Assembly (NCBI RefSeq): GCF_000143415.4
Contig: NW_003314302.1
Location: forward strand, 539,476-603,475
Length of the DNA: 64,000 bases
Reading direction: 5' to 3'
Source of the DNA: Selaginella moellendorffii
Taxonomy: Eukaryota; Plantae; Lycopodiophyta
Position numbers and translations under genes: made by a program. Below, in pieces: positions 35,901 to 49,179 of the stretch. Positions within the stretch are counted from its first letter, which is position 1; every line of letters starts with the position of its first letter. The notes beneath the pieces were generated by a model. That model was not told the origin of the DNA, did not search any database, and saw only the letters and a list, made by a program, of their open reading frames with translations.

Positions 35901-38900
35901 CTCTTCTTGAATTTCCCTTGGCTATACGTTCCCCTTGGTTTGGCCCCTTTGCTAAACATAGACCCCGACCCCATTGTGTTTCCCTTTCGCAGGTTATCGT
36001 TGAAATGCACCTTGATGGCCGCATCCAATGCTTCCTTGTAGTTGGTCGGGTTCCACCGCATCACCTCACCGCGAGCCCAGGTTTGCAAACCTGATATGAA
36101 GGCATGGAACGCGTCCATATCCCCCATATCCGTGACAAGTATCCTCTTTGCCATAAACCCATTCATATACTCCTGAATGGTCCCAGTCTACTTCAGCCTA
36201 CTCAGCTTGTCTCTTAGATGCAGAGTAGCATTCGGAGGAATGTAAGTCGCGCGGATCCTCGCCTTCATCATTTCCCAAGTGGCCATTGGTCCTTCGTTAG
36301 CCTCTGTCGTTCTCCACCAAGACTTGGCATTATCTGCCAAGTATGGTTTTGCATATGGGACCTTTTCCGAGCTTGGTAACCGCAACGCTCGGAAGTAGTC
36401 CTCCATATCATAAAACCAATCTTCCACCACCTTATAGTCATTCACTCCCTTGAAGACTAGTGGGGGCTTTGGTTTGTACTTGGGAACTACCTGAGAGACT
36501 GATTTCACTTCGGTCTGTTCGACCTTGTTTGGTTCTGCCTCAGTCCCTACCGAAGGGTCCGCACCCTCTGCGCTGCCAACATCCGCAGTCTTTCGCTTTT
36601 TCTTCCGCTTCTCATCACGCTTTAACTTGCGTACGAGAGTCTCTAGCAGGGCATTGGTTTATGCCAATTGTTCTTCTAGAACGTCCAATCGAGCCTTGGA
36701 TGACCGAACCTCCCCACCGGACTCCTGTTTGGAAGTTGCCTCACTGGAGTCCTCCTCATGCAAGGATTCCTCATCCATAGCCTCTTGTTCGACCGGAGGC
36801 TCTAGCTTTGGAGGAGGTTCTGTCTCCGCCTTGGTTTGTTTCCGCTCTACCTTTCCCATCTCCCAGCAATCCGCCTCTATCCTTCGCTAGAACTGAGGAA
36901 AAGGCTCCGATACCAAATTGTAAGCCACAAATTTTTCCTTTCCAATTTGCCAGCTTACCTCGTCTATCCGACCAACACTGCCTTGGCTTGTGCTAAGTTC
37001 CCTCGCCAAGGTTCTCGCCTATTGTACCAGCTCCTACTTGGTCCTACTTGGTTTCAGCTACTCACTGCACGAGCAACGGAGAGTTAGCCTTCCATCCACG
37101 GATTCCCAAATCTCTCCCAATTCCCCCCCCCCCGGGTTAGACTGGACTTAAGGTTCGGCTACACTCCCCGCAGGCACAAGCAGCCAAGCACACCAAGCCT
37201 CCAGGTTCCTAACACCCCTTGGTACCACAAGACTTGATCATGGGACCCTCTAAATCCCAAGCCTTGGATGCAACACTTGCTTCGGGACATTGAGGCAAAA
37301 CACCGTGGCCTAACGGCCCGGTATGGGTACCTTTACCCCCCCACTTCCATCCCGAAGGGAAGGCCCAAGCCCCTAGGAAGGGCAAGGACCAATGAGCCAT
37401 AAGGTACTCAAGTGGGGCACCACTTCACATGAGCCGGGAGCACCGCAGTCAGTTTCCCTTTCGGGAGCGGGAGCTGCTCTTGAGCACTTCCCTGGGTGGC
37501 CCCTCCGGCACCACCCAAGCCCATGCTCACTCCCACCCAAGGCCCCTCGGCCCCAGTCTCAACCTCAAGTCAGTTTGGAAGCACCACTAGAGAGTTCCTT
37601 CAAGACTGGTTCTTGAACCTCACTATCCCTACTATACTTTTGGAAATCCCTGCAGCCTCCCCCCCCCCCCCTGGGAGATGCATGCTTTGGGCTTTCACCC
37701 CTTGACTCGTATTAGTATTTGGACTTAGTCTCAGATTTGATCTCGGACTCGATCTCGGACCCGACTTCGGATTCGGTCTCGGACTCGATCTCGGACTCAA
37801 TCTCAGACCCGATCTCATACTCAACTTCAGACTCGACCTCGGACTCGGTCTCGAACCCGATTTGGACCTCGGACTTCGTCTCGAACTCGGTCTCAAACTC
37901 GGTCTCCGATTCGGCCTCGGCTCGATCCCGGACTCTATCTCGAACTCGGTCTCAGAGTCGGTCTTGGACTCGATCTTCGACTCGGTCCCATCCGATGAAC
38001 TCTTTGTCATTTCGGTCACGCTTTCGGGGATCCTTTAGCCTACGACATTTCGGGGAATCGGTTCCTTACACACCAGCCATAAATGATCATTAGGATTCAT
38101 CCCCACAAAATAAAGAAGGTCATCTTCAAGAAGATATGGAGAATGTAAATGTTAGAATGGCAAGTCATTAGCAAGTGATGCAGGATTCTCAAACTTTTCT
38201 TAAAGCCTTTAAATCCATTGCTCAATCTTTTGGGCCTCTTGAACCTCATCAAGAGAAGGTAGATCTTGCACTACACCTTGTGGACATTGAACGTCAAGTA
38301 CAACAACCACTAACAGCACATAAATTTCATCTAGAAAATCCACAGATGTAGAATAATAGGCTCGTCTGAAGCATGAGAAGCGAGCAAAAAAGGAAAAAGA
38401 GCTTAAGAAAGGGCATTAGTATTAGTCATAAAACTCCCTGGGCGATGAACAATATCAAAATCATATATCTAAAGCTTCAAAACTCACTAAGCAGTATGAC
38501 CAACTAAATTCTTCTGCTTCAATAATGAAGTAATAGCAGTATAATCACCTTTTAAAAACGTTCAAGAATCATGTATAAAGTTTTTTGAAACCCCAGACTA
38601 TTACTAAACACTCCTTCTCTGTCGTGGAGTAATTCACCTTTGCTAGTTGTAATGTACAACCGATTTATGTAATGGGATGACATTGATCAGGCACACTCGG
38701 GCTCTCTTGCATCAGCATACTACCAAAACTAAATTTAAAACCATCCACACGCAAAATAAAAAGTTGAGTATAATCAAGATATACCAAAACCAAAGGAGTC
38801 ATCAATAACATTTTGAGATCCCCTACTACTTAAGCCTGCCATGTGAATTCTAGTGAAGACTCATTTTTTTGTTGACACAGAAACTGCACAAAGACTTGCC

Positions 38901-39014
38901 ACCAACAACACTGTATGCATTTGGCACGAGCGAGTATACAGCTTCATATCCACGTCCAACTTTGATGGCCCAAAAGAGACAAACATCCTGTTTTTATACA
39001 CAAAGGGTAAAGCG

Positions 39015-40571
39015 ATGGACCAGGTCTCGCAAACAATGGTGAAGGGCATCAAGGTTTACACGCCTGGCGGCCCAGAGGTAAGCAAGCGCCATCGTTTCTT
39101 CCAGCTAGGGTTTCGCGATACCGCGAATTTCTTGCGAAATTCAGCAAGATCGTGCGCTGTTCTCGCGTAATTTCTCGGTTTTCGTCCGGATTTCTCGTGT
39201 TTGGCTGGAATTTCTTGCTTGGTTGACAGTGTTTGCTTGGTTGAGCAAACTGTGATACTTGAGAAGGATTTGTTCATGTTCTATGTGATTCTTCTATTGC
39301 ATATTGCGTGAAGAAGAACCCTTTCTTCGTTTTTGTCCTCTTGTTCTTTCCCCTATGCTGTGATCTTACAGGTACTAAAATATGAAGAACTGGACGTGGG
39401 AGAGCCTGGCGAGGGCCAAGTTAAGATCCGAATTAAAGCTGTTGGTCTCAACTTCATCGATGTTTACTTTCGAAAGGGGGCCTACGGCGCCAAAATGCCA
39501 TATGTTCCTGGTAAGCCCAGCCAGAGTATATCAATTCCTCTCATCGTTTTTTCATTCTTTTCTTCTTTGTTTTCGTATTGATCTTCTTTTCTTCTTTGTT
39601 TCGTTCTTCGTTTCAACAGGCTTCGAGTCCGCAGGCGAGGTCATTGCAATCGGTCCAGGCGTGACAGACGCCAAAGTGGGAGACAAAGTTGGATGCATGG
39701 GAGCTTTCGGTGCCTACGCTGAAGAACAGATTGTTCCAGCGCGTGCGTTAGTTCCTATTCCTGAAAGTGTGGACTTCATCAAAGCGGGAGCGATACTGCT
39801 CAAAGGAATGACCGCACAAATGCTGCTTCGAAAAACCTTCAAGGTTTTCTTATATTTTATCGGTTCTAGTTTCTTAGTTCTTCTGTTTTTTGTTTTCTCA
39901 GGTAGGACCCGAGCACACGATTCTAGTTCACGCCGCTGCCGGTGGTGTTGGCTCGCTGCTCTGCCAGTGGGCTCGGTCGCTGGGTGCTCAAGTCATTGGC
40001 TGCGTCTCAAACGAAGAAAAAGCTCGCCAGGCCACTGAGGATGGATGCCACCACGTAATCATTTACTCCAAGGAAGACTTTGGCAAGCGAGTCATGGCCA
40101 TCACAAACAATAGCGGCGTTCACGTTGTCTACGACTCGGTTGGCAGGGACACGTTCCAGGTACCTCTTTCTTTGCAAAGTTCACGCAAAGTTCTTTGCAA
40201 ACTTCTTCGCAAAGTTCTTTCACAAGTTCTTTAGTTAGAGTTTTCAAACTTCTCTTTTCTTCCAGGGATCTCTCGATTGCTTGGCTACTCGCGGTTACAT
40301 GATAAGTTATGGACAATCCTCCGGCGCTCCAGATCCTTTCACAATGTCCATACTCGCTCCAAAGTCGCTCTTCCTCACCAGGCCATCGCTGATCCAGTAT
40401 ACCACCAACAGGGACGAGCTACTGGAGATTGCCAATGATCTCTTCCACAACGTCGAGGCCGGAGTTCTCAAAGTCCGCGTGAACCAGACTTACCCTCTCT
40501 CGGACGCAGCAAAGGCTCACGATGATATCGAGAATCGAAGAACAACTGGCTCTACTGTCCTTATACCATAG
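39015..40571 (+). CDS. NADPH:quinone oxidoreductase (zeta-crystallin/Qor type, MDR family), 5 exons
   Basis: Exons 39015 (or 39036)-39077, 39372-39510, 39620-39843, 39902-40159 and 40266-40571, all with GT-AG borders. Motifs GLNFIDVYFRKG, VHAAAGGVGS, YDSVG, YGQSSG, RRTTGSTVLIP. Confidence 0.93.
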
Positions 40572-40606
40572 ATAGTTTACAGCTCGAGAAAAGCTTGCGA
40601 TACCTC

Positions 40607-43600
40607 TTAAGCTTTGAGATAAAGCTCTATGTTTTCGACGCCGCAGAGCATTCGCACCTTGTCTATCGTGGCTGGGGCGTCCAGCTGGAAATAAGGCTCC
40701 GGATCGCGGAGGTTCTTACGAGCAGCAGCTATGGCGTGCCTGAGAGCACCGTGCACTGACGATGCCAGGAGCAAAGGTGGCTCTCCAGAAGCTACACAAT
40801 TCAAGGAGCTCGATCAAGACGATCGCTAAGGAACAGCATAGGAAAGAAAGGAGTGGAGGCTTGCCTTTGGATGACAGTATCCTGTGCTCGTGAACTTTGC
40901 TGTTGAGGAGCTCCACATTGAGACGGCGAGGTAAGTTGTCCAGCGTTGGAGGCTTGTACGTCCATGTTCCATCGTTTATAAGCTTTCCTTGCTCGTCGTG
41001 GCGATGCTCCTCGGATGTAAAGAATCCCACGCCTTGAGCAAACGCACCCTCGATCTGGAAATGAAGAATCTCTCTAAGAGCTTGCAATAGTTTCTGGAAA
41101 TATGTTACCTGTCCAATGTCCACGGCCGGATTTATGCTCTTCCCACAGTCGTAGACAATGTCGGTTTGGAGAATTTCGTACTCGCCAGTGAGAACATCGA
41201 TCTCAACCTTGACAAGAGAAAATCCAAGCCATGGATGAAACCAAAACAAAACAAAAAATAAGAAAATGAAAGAACAAGAGATGGATAAAACGATCTTACC
41301 TCACTAGCAGCAGCACCATAGTTTATGTACGTCAGGGCCTCAGGCGACGAAACGAAGGCAGTTTGCGCGGCCATCTCGACCCGAGCATTCTTTGCCTGCA
41401 AAACATTAAAGGATAGAAACGAAAGCAAAAATCAAAACAATCACAAACTTACAGCAAGAACGAGCGATTCCCACGACGACACCGTCTCTCCATCCCGGCA
41501 CTCAGCCATTCTCTTCTCATGAATCGGCTTAAAGCGGTTGACGAGCACCCGGCAAGCCTGCCGCACGGCCTCGCAGCTCGCCTCGGACGTGGTACTACCG
41601 CCAGTCCATCCACCGTGCGGCATGCTAATGGTATCCGCCTGGACCACCCGGACTCTCCCTACGTCCACGCAAATTCCACCGCCGAGCCCCTCACCCAGCG
41701 CGCTCGCCGCCGCCTGCCTCACTTTGGTCCACAGCCCCTGTCCAATCTCCACGCCGCCAGTCTCCACCACCACGGATCCATCCGCCATGATCGACACTCT
41801 CCCTGGCTGGTACCTCTGCTGCACAGTGTACGTGCTCTGCGACACCGCCACCCCGCGCTTCTTCCAAGCATTGGCTGCGTTGTATCTCTCCACTTCACGT
41901 AGCCGCTCGTCAACGTTTGCTCGATCTTTCAGCCGCGACCAGACCGCCGGGAGAGTGTATCCTTCCTCGCCCCCAACCGCGGCCGCGCCGTAGGCCGCCC
42001 CGGCGCTCTCGACCGAGTGGAGGTTGCGCTCCATGACGAGCTCCGAGCTCAAGTTTGTGAGAGCTGCGACGTGCTCGACCACTGCGTCGGCGAAGAAGCA
42101 GCCTTGGACGTCGCCCGGGGCGCGCATAACCGTCCTGCTCGGGATGTTGGTCCGGCACAGCACGAACTCGAAGGAGAAAGCTCCCCAGTTGAGCTTCTTA
42201 AGGGCGGAGAGCACCCCCATTGGCATGACAGGGGTGAATTCTGGCGACCAGCCTCCTTGGATGAAGATCTTGGCGTGGAGGGCGTTGATCTTGCCGTCGG
42301 GCTCGAAGCCTACGTCGTAAACGGCCTTCATTGGGTGCCTTCCACCCATCATGATCATGTCTGTGTTGCGGTCGAGAGTGAGGCGGACGGGGCGGCGGAG
42401 TTTGTACGCGGCGAGTGCGCAGGCAGAGGCAACCTGCACGATTCATGCTTAGAACCAAGGGTGTAAAAGGGAATGCGAGAAAACGAAGATGAGAAAAAGG
42501 AAGTGCTCGCAACAAAAACCATAGTTTTGATGCAAGAAGATGCAAAACTGTAGACTACTTACCAGGCAGGCTTTGGTGCCTTTGCCTCCAAATCCTCCGC
42601 CAACTCGTCGGGTGATGACTCTCACGTTGTGCATGGGCAAGCCGAGGCAGGCTGACACGCTGTGTTGCACAAAGTCGGGGCTCTGGCAGGAACTGTAGAC
42701 GACGAGACAGTTGTCCTCGTCCGGAACGACCAACGCAGTCTGTGGTTCCATGTAGAAATAGTACTGCGACCCTGTGCGCACCTGGAAGTTCCACTCGTGA
42801 TCAAAACGTGCTTGCAAAAGAAAAATTGCTCCGTTTTACCTCAGCGTTTTCGATCTTAAGACTGGCCTTGGCCATCTCTTCGGCAACATTACCGTGTTTG
42901 TCCTTCATCACATCCTTGCAAAACTGTGGGATTTCGTGGAGTTCCCCTCTGGCAACCGCTTCTTCCATGGTTAGCACGGGAGAGCCGACAGACTCCGTGT
43001 CGTAATCAATCACAACTTTGCCGGCGGCGGCCTTGGCGTTTCTCAGCGTGTCCGCAATCTGGACGAGGACAGGTTTAAAAATCAATGGATTCGTCCGTAG
43101 CTTACCATAAGTCCGACGGCATGGCCCACGCACTCAACTTTATTCTCGGCGAAGAGCTTTTCTTGAGAGAGATCGGAGACGAGGCCCATATTCTGTCCGC
43201 CAGAAGGAATGTCATCAACTCCAACGAAGGACACCGCGCCAGGCGAAGCCAGTGCATTCTCAAGCCGGATTCCGTTTATCTTTGCCAATGCTTTCGTACT
43301 GTAAACATAGACTGCGTGCACGCAGTCCCTCGGAGCTGGAATATCATCCACGTAAATAGCTTCACCTGAAGAGAAGTTTTAAGAACGAAAACTAAAACCA
43401 AAACAGAACAGCTTACCTGAAGCTTGAAGCTCTCCCATAACCTTGGACATTGGCTGTCCGACAGCTCCCTGGAGATGTTCTTGCAATGTCTGTCTCCCAG
43501 ACATGATCTTTCTTGACGACCTCGGGGTGCTTCCATTCTGGGTCTGTGTAACATACGGCAGCTCAGGTACAATGCTGCTGCTTGGAGCGGCTAGAGAGCT

Positions 43601-45203
43601 TAAGAACTTGAAGAGGAAGCTCGCAACAAGCGAAGACCTGTAGTCGGCCTTCGAGGTTCCCTTCTTTGGCACTATACAAATCTTCGCAAGCTGGATGGCC
43701 TCCAACATAACTCCACTGTCCACCACCTTCCCTTCGAGAAACCTCTCAACTTCAGTAGCACGCTGACAAGTAGGCTCTCCTCCAAAAGCACCGAACGCGA
43801 GCCTCGACTCGCAAACTCGTCCGTCACCCGAGAGATTGACGAGAAACGCCGCATTCACGTAAGCCACGGCGTTTCCGAGAGGCCGAGGTGATGCCCTGTA
43901 TGAGTCAAACCTGACGTTGTCCTGCTTGCTGTAGGATGGGATGCAGATCGACTTTAAAATGCTTTTCCCGTCCCATGTAGCTGCCACAAAGTCCTCCACA
44001 GACTGCCGTGATTCTCCAAACTTCTGCGTCACCACCTTGACCGAAGCGCCGGCTCCAACCAGTAAAGTCGCAATGTCGGAGTCGAAGCCGAGCTTCTGTG
44101 CCAGGATCAGATTTCCTCCCACGCTCCCCGCGTTTCTTACGTGCAAAGTTGCCACTTTTCTCATGTGCTCGGCCAACTTGAGATAAACTCCGCTCGAATC
44201 ACTGCGGCCAGAAGCCTTGAGGAGAGCTATAAGCTTGGATATCTTCACGGCAGCACCGACTTCAATCCCATCCTCGATAACTTTCTCCTCCAGGAGCTCT
44301 GGAACGGCACCAATCTCTATGAAAACTTCCGGACTGGACTGGAGATCGTCCTTGTAAATCCCTGTGCTGGTGTTTCCAGCTACGAGCCTGGCCGTGTCTT
44401 GATACCTCTCGAGCATCGTGAAAACTTCCTCCAAACCACCCGGTCGAATCCATTTCTTCGTAGAACCCAGAGCAACGAGAGAGTGATCCTGACGATCCAG
44501 AAAGTCGGGGAACCGAGAACCTTCCAGTCCTGGATTGTAGCCCGGCAGGAGATTTCTATCCGGCGTATCTCCCAGCTTCCAGTAGGAATTTATCCCGAGG
44601 TCCTCAAGATCCACATCGCTGGAGAAGCTCTTGCAAATATCGGAGATCGGCCTATAGCCCGTGCAGCGGCACAGATTCGCAGCGATGGATTTCTCCAAAT
44701 CCACCGTCTGCGTAGGCCTGGGCTGCGATCGCAGCGCGCCGTAGAGCGACATGCACATACCCGGCGTGCAAAATCCACACTGCGAGCCATGGAACCCCGC
44801 AAATCTCTTCTGGATCGAGTGGAGCCCGTCGCGGGAGTTTCCCAGGCCTTCAATCGTCGTGACGGCACAGCCGTGGAGCGAGCAGAGAGGCGCCAGGCAC
44901 GAATTCACGGTGAAATCCTCGCTCTCGCCGCGGGAGGCGCTGTGCTTGGACACAAGAACCACGCATGCTCCACATCCTCCTGCTCGAAATATGGGGATTC
45001 CAGAGCTCAGAGCGATCAATCGATGAATTCTTACCCTCGCCGCAGCCGAGCTTGGTGCCCGTGAGCGCCGCCTCGTTGCGGAGGAATGCGAGCAGCGTCA
45101 TGGAGGGATCGACATGGTGGAGCTCCACGCGATTTCCATTCAACGCGAAGACGAGAGATCCTTGCGGCGGCTCCAAGCAATCTGGAGATGGAGAGCTTCC
45201 CAT
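40607..45203 (-). CDS. Plant aldehyde oxidase (xanthine oxidase family molybdo-flavoenzyme, AAO-like), multi-exon
   Basis: 2Fe-2S motifs GCGEGGCGAC, QCGFCTPG and NLCRCTGY. FAD domain LVAGNT and GSVGGN. Moco motifs YFYMEPQTA, GGGFGGK, MRAPG, GGSTTSE, GQIEGAFAQG and KASGEPPL. Introns are short (for example 44980-45034). Confidence 0.95.
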
Positions 45204-45559
45204 CGATCGATCGATCGAGAGAGAGAGAGAGAGATAGATAGATGGAGAGAACAGAGAGCTGACCCTATTTCTTCTTTCCTGTCCACGCGTCCGGGTGGAT
45301 CACGTCATAAGAGCTTGTGCCAAATCAAACCACGTCGTCGTCGTGGAATGGTGGTTTTTTAAAACGCATCTCCATTTTAAAACGCATCTCCATTGTAGCC
45401 CTTATAGGATCATCAGAGGAAAGGCAAGCAAGCACAACCCTAGCAATGATAGCCTCCGGGCATCTGCAGCTTATTGGGTTTTCTTTGACGAAAGAAAGAG
45501 AATCAAGACGATACCTTGTGTTCCACCACCTTTTCTATGATAAACGAATCTGCTTTATC

Positions 45560-45720
45560 CAGGAAGGTCTTTGCCATTTGAGGCACCCTAAACTGAAAAT
45601 GGGAAGACAAGAGTGGCCAAGAACTGCCCAGCATCTCCGCATTTGTGACTTATGTGAAGTAGAAGATGTGTTTCATGTTGTTTACGACCTTCCACATTCT
45701 ACACACTCAATTCCCACAGA
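45560..45720 (+). mobile_element. 3' fragment of a non-LTR retrotransposon (C-terminal zinc-finger region)
   Basis: HPKLKMGRQEWPRTAQHLRICDLCEVEDVFHVVYDLP resembles the H.L.IE.GR..R.C..C..VED..H....CP motif of LINE ORF2 tails. Confidence 0.55.
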
Positions 45721-46871
45721 TCCCCTGGAATCTGAATCCCCAAATTGTTAAATAAACAGTGTTACTAATTAGTATTAGCATATGGAAAGAATGGCTTTGT
45801 ATAATTAAATTCCTTGTTACTCTTAGTGATGAGCATATTCCAGACATCAAAAGTGCAAATGCAAAACCTTCAACTATGTACAATAATTTGCTACATGTTG
45901 CATGTAGCAATGCTTAGTTTGTTTAATAGTTACTTATTAATCCAATTGATCAAAGAAAAGTTTATAATTTATAAACATAAGATTAATCTTATTGCATATC
46001 AACAATTAGATGGTAGAATAAATAATTTGCTACGTGTTGCATGTAGCAATGCTTGGTTTTCTTAATAGTAGTATTATTTCTACTTATTAATCCAATTGAT
46101 CAAATAAAAATTTAGAATTATAAACATGTTTATAATTTATAAATACAAGATTAATTTTATTGGTAGAGTATACTAGAAAGTGTTTAAGAAATTTTATAAA
46201 TTATAAACATGTTTATCAATTATAAATACAAGATTAATCTAGATAAATAACAACCGTTGGATAGTAGAATATCCTAGAATATCCTAGAATATCCAAGAAT
46301 ATTCTAGATATATGCTCATCCCTTACAGGTTTGCTTAAGCAAACCAAAAATACAAATTTAATCGAAATAATATCGTAAACAAAACAGTTGTACATAAATG
46401 TAAGTAAAATTGTTTGCCATATACTGACACAAATCCAAGCTGAAATTAAGTGTGAGAAAAGAAACGAATGACAATCATTGAGTGATATCTGGCTCGGCAG
46501 CCAGCTAGAACATGCCGAACCTGTCGTATGCCACCTCCGCACCACCAAATCTTATGATCAAAATAAGATTGGGCCATCGGCCTGGCTCAGGTTTCACACT
46601 CGGTCAATTGGGCCATGTCGATCAAGCTGATATATATTAACACTATTGCCGGCTACCAAAGAGCAAATTTTAACAAAGAAAAATGGACTTTTAATAAAAT
46701 ACGGGATCGTGTCCATTTATGTGAACAAGTCGCCGTCTAAACAAGTTGTGACCTGTAAAGCAAGGTTAGACACGCTTCTCTGGGCAGGCCATGCAATTAT
46801 AAATGAGTCCCTCCTTGACCGCCTAAGTTTTGGAAGTCTTGCTGGGAGCAAAGCTAGAGCCGCCCACACCT

Positions 46872-46879
46872 TATAAATA
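46872..46879 (+). promoter_or_regulatory. TATA box
   Basis: TATAAATA about 40 bp upstream of ATG 46913. Confidence 0.6.
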
Positions 46880-46912
46880 AAGGGCTCAAGATCTATCAGT
46901 CACTTAGTAACC

Positions 46913-47283
46913 ATGAAGTCGATGAACATGGCGCTAGCTCTCAATGTCTTACTTGTGAATCTCATGATCATCATGTTGTTGCGGGGCTCTCATGCTCAGG
47001 ACTCCTACTCGCGCGCTGGCTCTACACTGTGCAGGGACCTCGCACAGAGCGACTGTGATGCTGCTCGCCGCCAGATTCAGCCTAGCCCGGCGGCAGCAAA
47101 GGCTCCAGCGGCGTCTGCTCCGGCCACTGTGGCCTCTTTGTCTCTGGCTCCAACTGCGACCTCAATGGCTCCGAGATGATCACTGCCTTTGACGAACCCC
47201 GTGCTCGCAACTGCGCCAAGTGTGGTATCAAGACTTACAATGACGGCTGCCAGTTCAAGGCGGATTATGTCACAGGTTGCTAA
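46913..47283 (+). pseudogene. KP4 killer-toxin-like secreted cysteine-rich protein, frameshifted at ~47087
   Basis: Signal peptide plus QDSYSRAGSTLCRDLAQSDCDAA in frame 1. GVCSGHCGLFVSGSNCDLNGSEMITAFDEPRARNCAKCGIKTYNDGCQFKADYVTGC* in a second frame (47089-47283). Confidence 0.7.
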
Positions 47284-47689
47284 GCGCACTTTAAATCTTC
47301 TCAAGAAAACTAAAAATATATATACGACGGTATGTCTGAGCTTGGCATAAAAACGATTCTTCGGTCGTTTCTTTGCTATCCGAGGTTCTAGATTCCCGTG
47401 GGTGTATCAGGAAATAAAAACAGCAACAATTTGATGAGAACCAAAGTGGAAAGACAAGCAATCAAGTAAGCGCTGGGAATCTTGCGCTCTTAGTTTACAG
47501 TTTCTTTGCTCTGTCAGTGAGGCTCCCAACCAGGTCGAGCCTACAATAAGATGAACAAACGAGGAATGCAGCTCCATATAGGATGCGCAAGCTCGCAGAT
47601 CTGGACAGCAAGAACAGCAACGGTATAAACACAACTCACAGAGTAAAAGTTCCAGCTTATCACAACAAACATCTAAGATCCAATCAAAA

Positions 47690-48500
47690 CTTAGAATGAT
47701 GAGGACGATGAAAGTGATAAGGGAGTGCATGCGCTGCCATCAGCCCATGTATAAACACAGCAGGTGTCCATGAAGCTACATGTGTCACCTGTTGGCGTTC
47801 AGGGCAGTGGTATCTGGCGAGGACGACATCTTCTTCGCGATCGCCTTCTAATCCACATCACAGTCCGAGTCGCTATCCGCTAGAATGACGTGGCAGCGTC
47901 AACACGAATACAGATTTGTGCCCCAAAAGTCGATGAGGAAGAATTGTTCATGGGCATCTTCCTGCGACTCGATGTTGATGCGAGTGGTGGCGCTGCTCCT
48001 GGTACTGCATTTCTTTCAGGAAGCAGTATGTTCTCTGGGACCGTTCGAGCCCACTTCTCTGCCTCTCGCCCGCCTGTCTACACAGTTTGGAAGATGCTCT
48101 GTTGAGGAGGTTGATAGCATTGAGACGATATGTGGATCCTGAGACAGGGATTTATCGGATTGCAGTGCTCAACACCAAGACAGTGAGTGTTTAGGGAGTT
48201 TGTTGTCCACCCTTTCCAGTACAATTCTGGCTCCGGAAGCTGGGGGAATCCATGACTTGTCCAATCCTGACTGAGGGAGAGGATCGCTTCTATGACCTGC
48301 TACAATGGAGTCTGGCAAGCGGTGAGCCAGGATCCATTCGGCTACTGGCAGATATTGTGTGAGGATTTTGCTGGTACAAGCGTGCTAGCTAGAGAAGGAT
48401 GAGGATGGCTCACACTCAGCCATGGTCGCATCTGGGAAATATTACTGGCCACTTCGTGATATCAACATGGGAGGTGAAGAATGGATGGGGATGATGTGAT
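47690..48500 (+). pseudogene. GC-richer gene-like remnant, product unknown
   Basis: Coding-like composition with short broken ORFs and no recognisable motif. Confidence 0.25.
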
Positions 48501-49179
48501 TGTTGTTGCCAACTGTATGGGATAATTTTGTGTTCTTATCTGTATTGTGGTCATTTGGAAAAAGAGTTTGCATATTTTTTTACCCGTGACCTATACATTT
48601 GCACCAATCTCAAAATTGGAGAATTAGATTTACAAACTTTATATTTATGCTATAAGTGTACAATTATAATATTGTATATTAATATTAGTGTAATGGGATT
48701 TTAATAATTGAGATTGTCAAAATCTTGTGCATGCATTTTCAGCCACTTTTGATTATGCCTTTTGTTTAGCACAATGTTATGAAATGTCATTTCTTCCACT
48801 TTTTACTACATATCCTTAAACTTTACTTCCTGTGGGAGATGGTTATATTCCAATAGAAGTTAATATTGCTGTTACTTGAGTTTCAATTAAGACAACCACT
48901 TCAAGTTTCTGACCTCATTTTTGGTATGGATTGATTGTGGTGCAATAATGCCAAATGTGACTTTAAGGTTTCTTCTCTTTATCTCGTACTTCTTTATATT
49001 TTTTCCATTCCTCTCACTTTTATACCTCTTCATTCTTTTATTTTTACCTTTGCTTCCATCACTTTTATTTCCCCTTTACATCCTTTTATGTTTCTATTTT
49101 CTTCCTCTCTTCCCTTTTCCAATCCTTTCGATAATCTTTATATTATAGTAGTTTACCAGCTCATAAAGGAGTATGCCAA

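Larger units (their letters stand above)
32095..36859 (-). pseudogene. gag-pol of the family B element (point stops, frameshifts, two introns)
   Basis: CYNCGEAGHFSRECP zinc knuckle, IDTGAS protease, YIDD RT, ETDAS RNaseH, HHCC and ISDRD integrase, YEVEDIL..YVKWKGF..ATWEP chromodomain. Confidence 0.95.
30530..38070 (-). mobile_element. Full-length Ty3/gypsy LTR retrotransposon with chromodomain (family B)
   Basis: LTRs at 30530-31692 and 36919-38070, reverse PBS GCTCCGATACCA at 36904-36915, TSD CACCA at 30525-30529 and 38071-38075. Domain order gag-PR-RT-RH-IN-CHD. Confidence 0.97.
29370..38720 (-). mobile_element. Old degraded Ty3/gypsy integrase-region relic (29370-30529 plus 38071-38720), split by the chromovirus
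   Basis: PWVLHAYHDS..HMGH zinc-finger region and integrase-core remnants. Reverse-complement homolog of 51960-53730. Confidence 0.8.

Noticed and set aside
44141-45064. Long plus-strand ORFs over aldehyde oxidase (also 28127-28927, 41519-42466)
   Set aside because: Antisense shadows of GC-rich coding sequence.
46913-47179. 88-aa arabinogalactan-like Ala/Pro-rich peptide
   Set aside because: The tail is better explained as the wrong frame of a cysteine-rich KP4-like sequence that ends cleanly at 47283.
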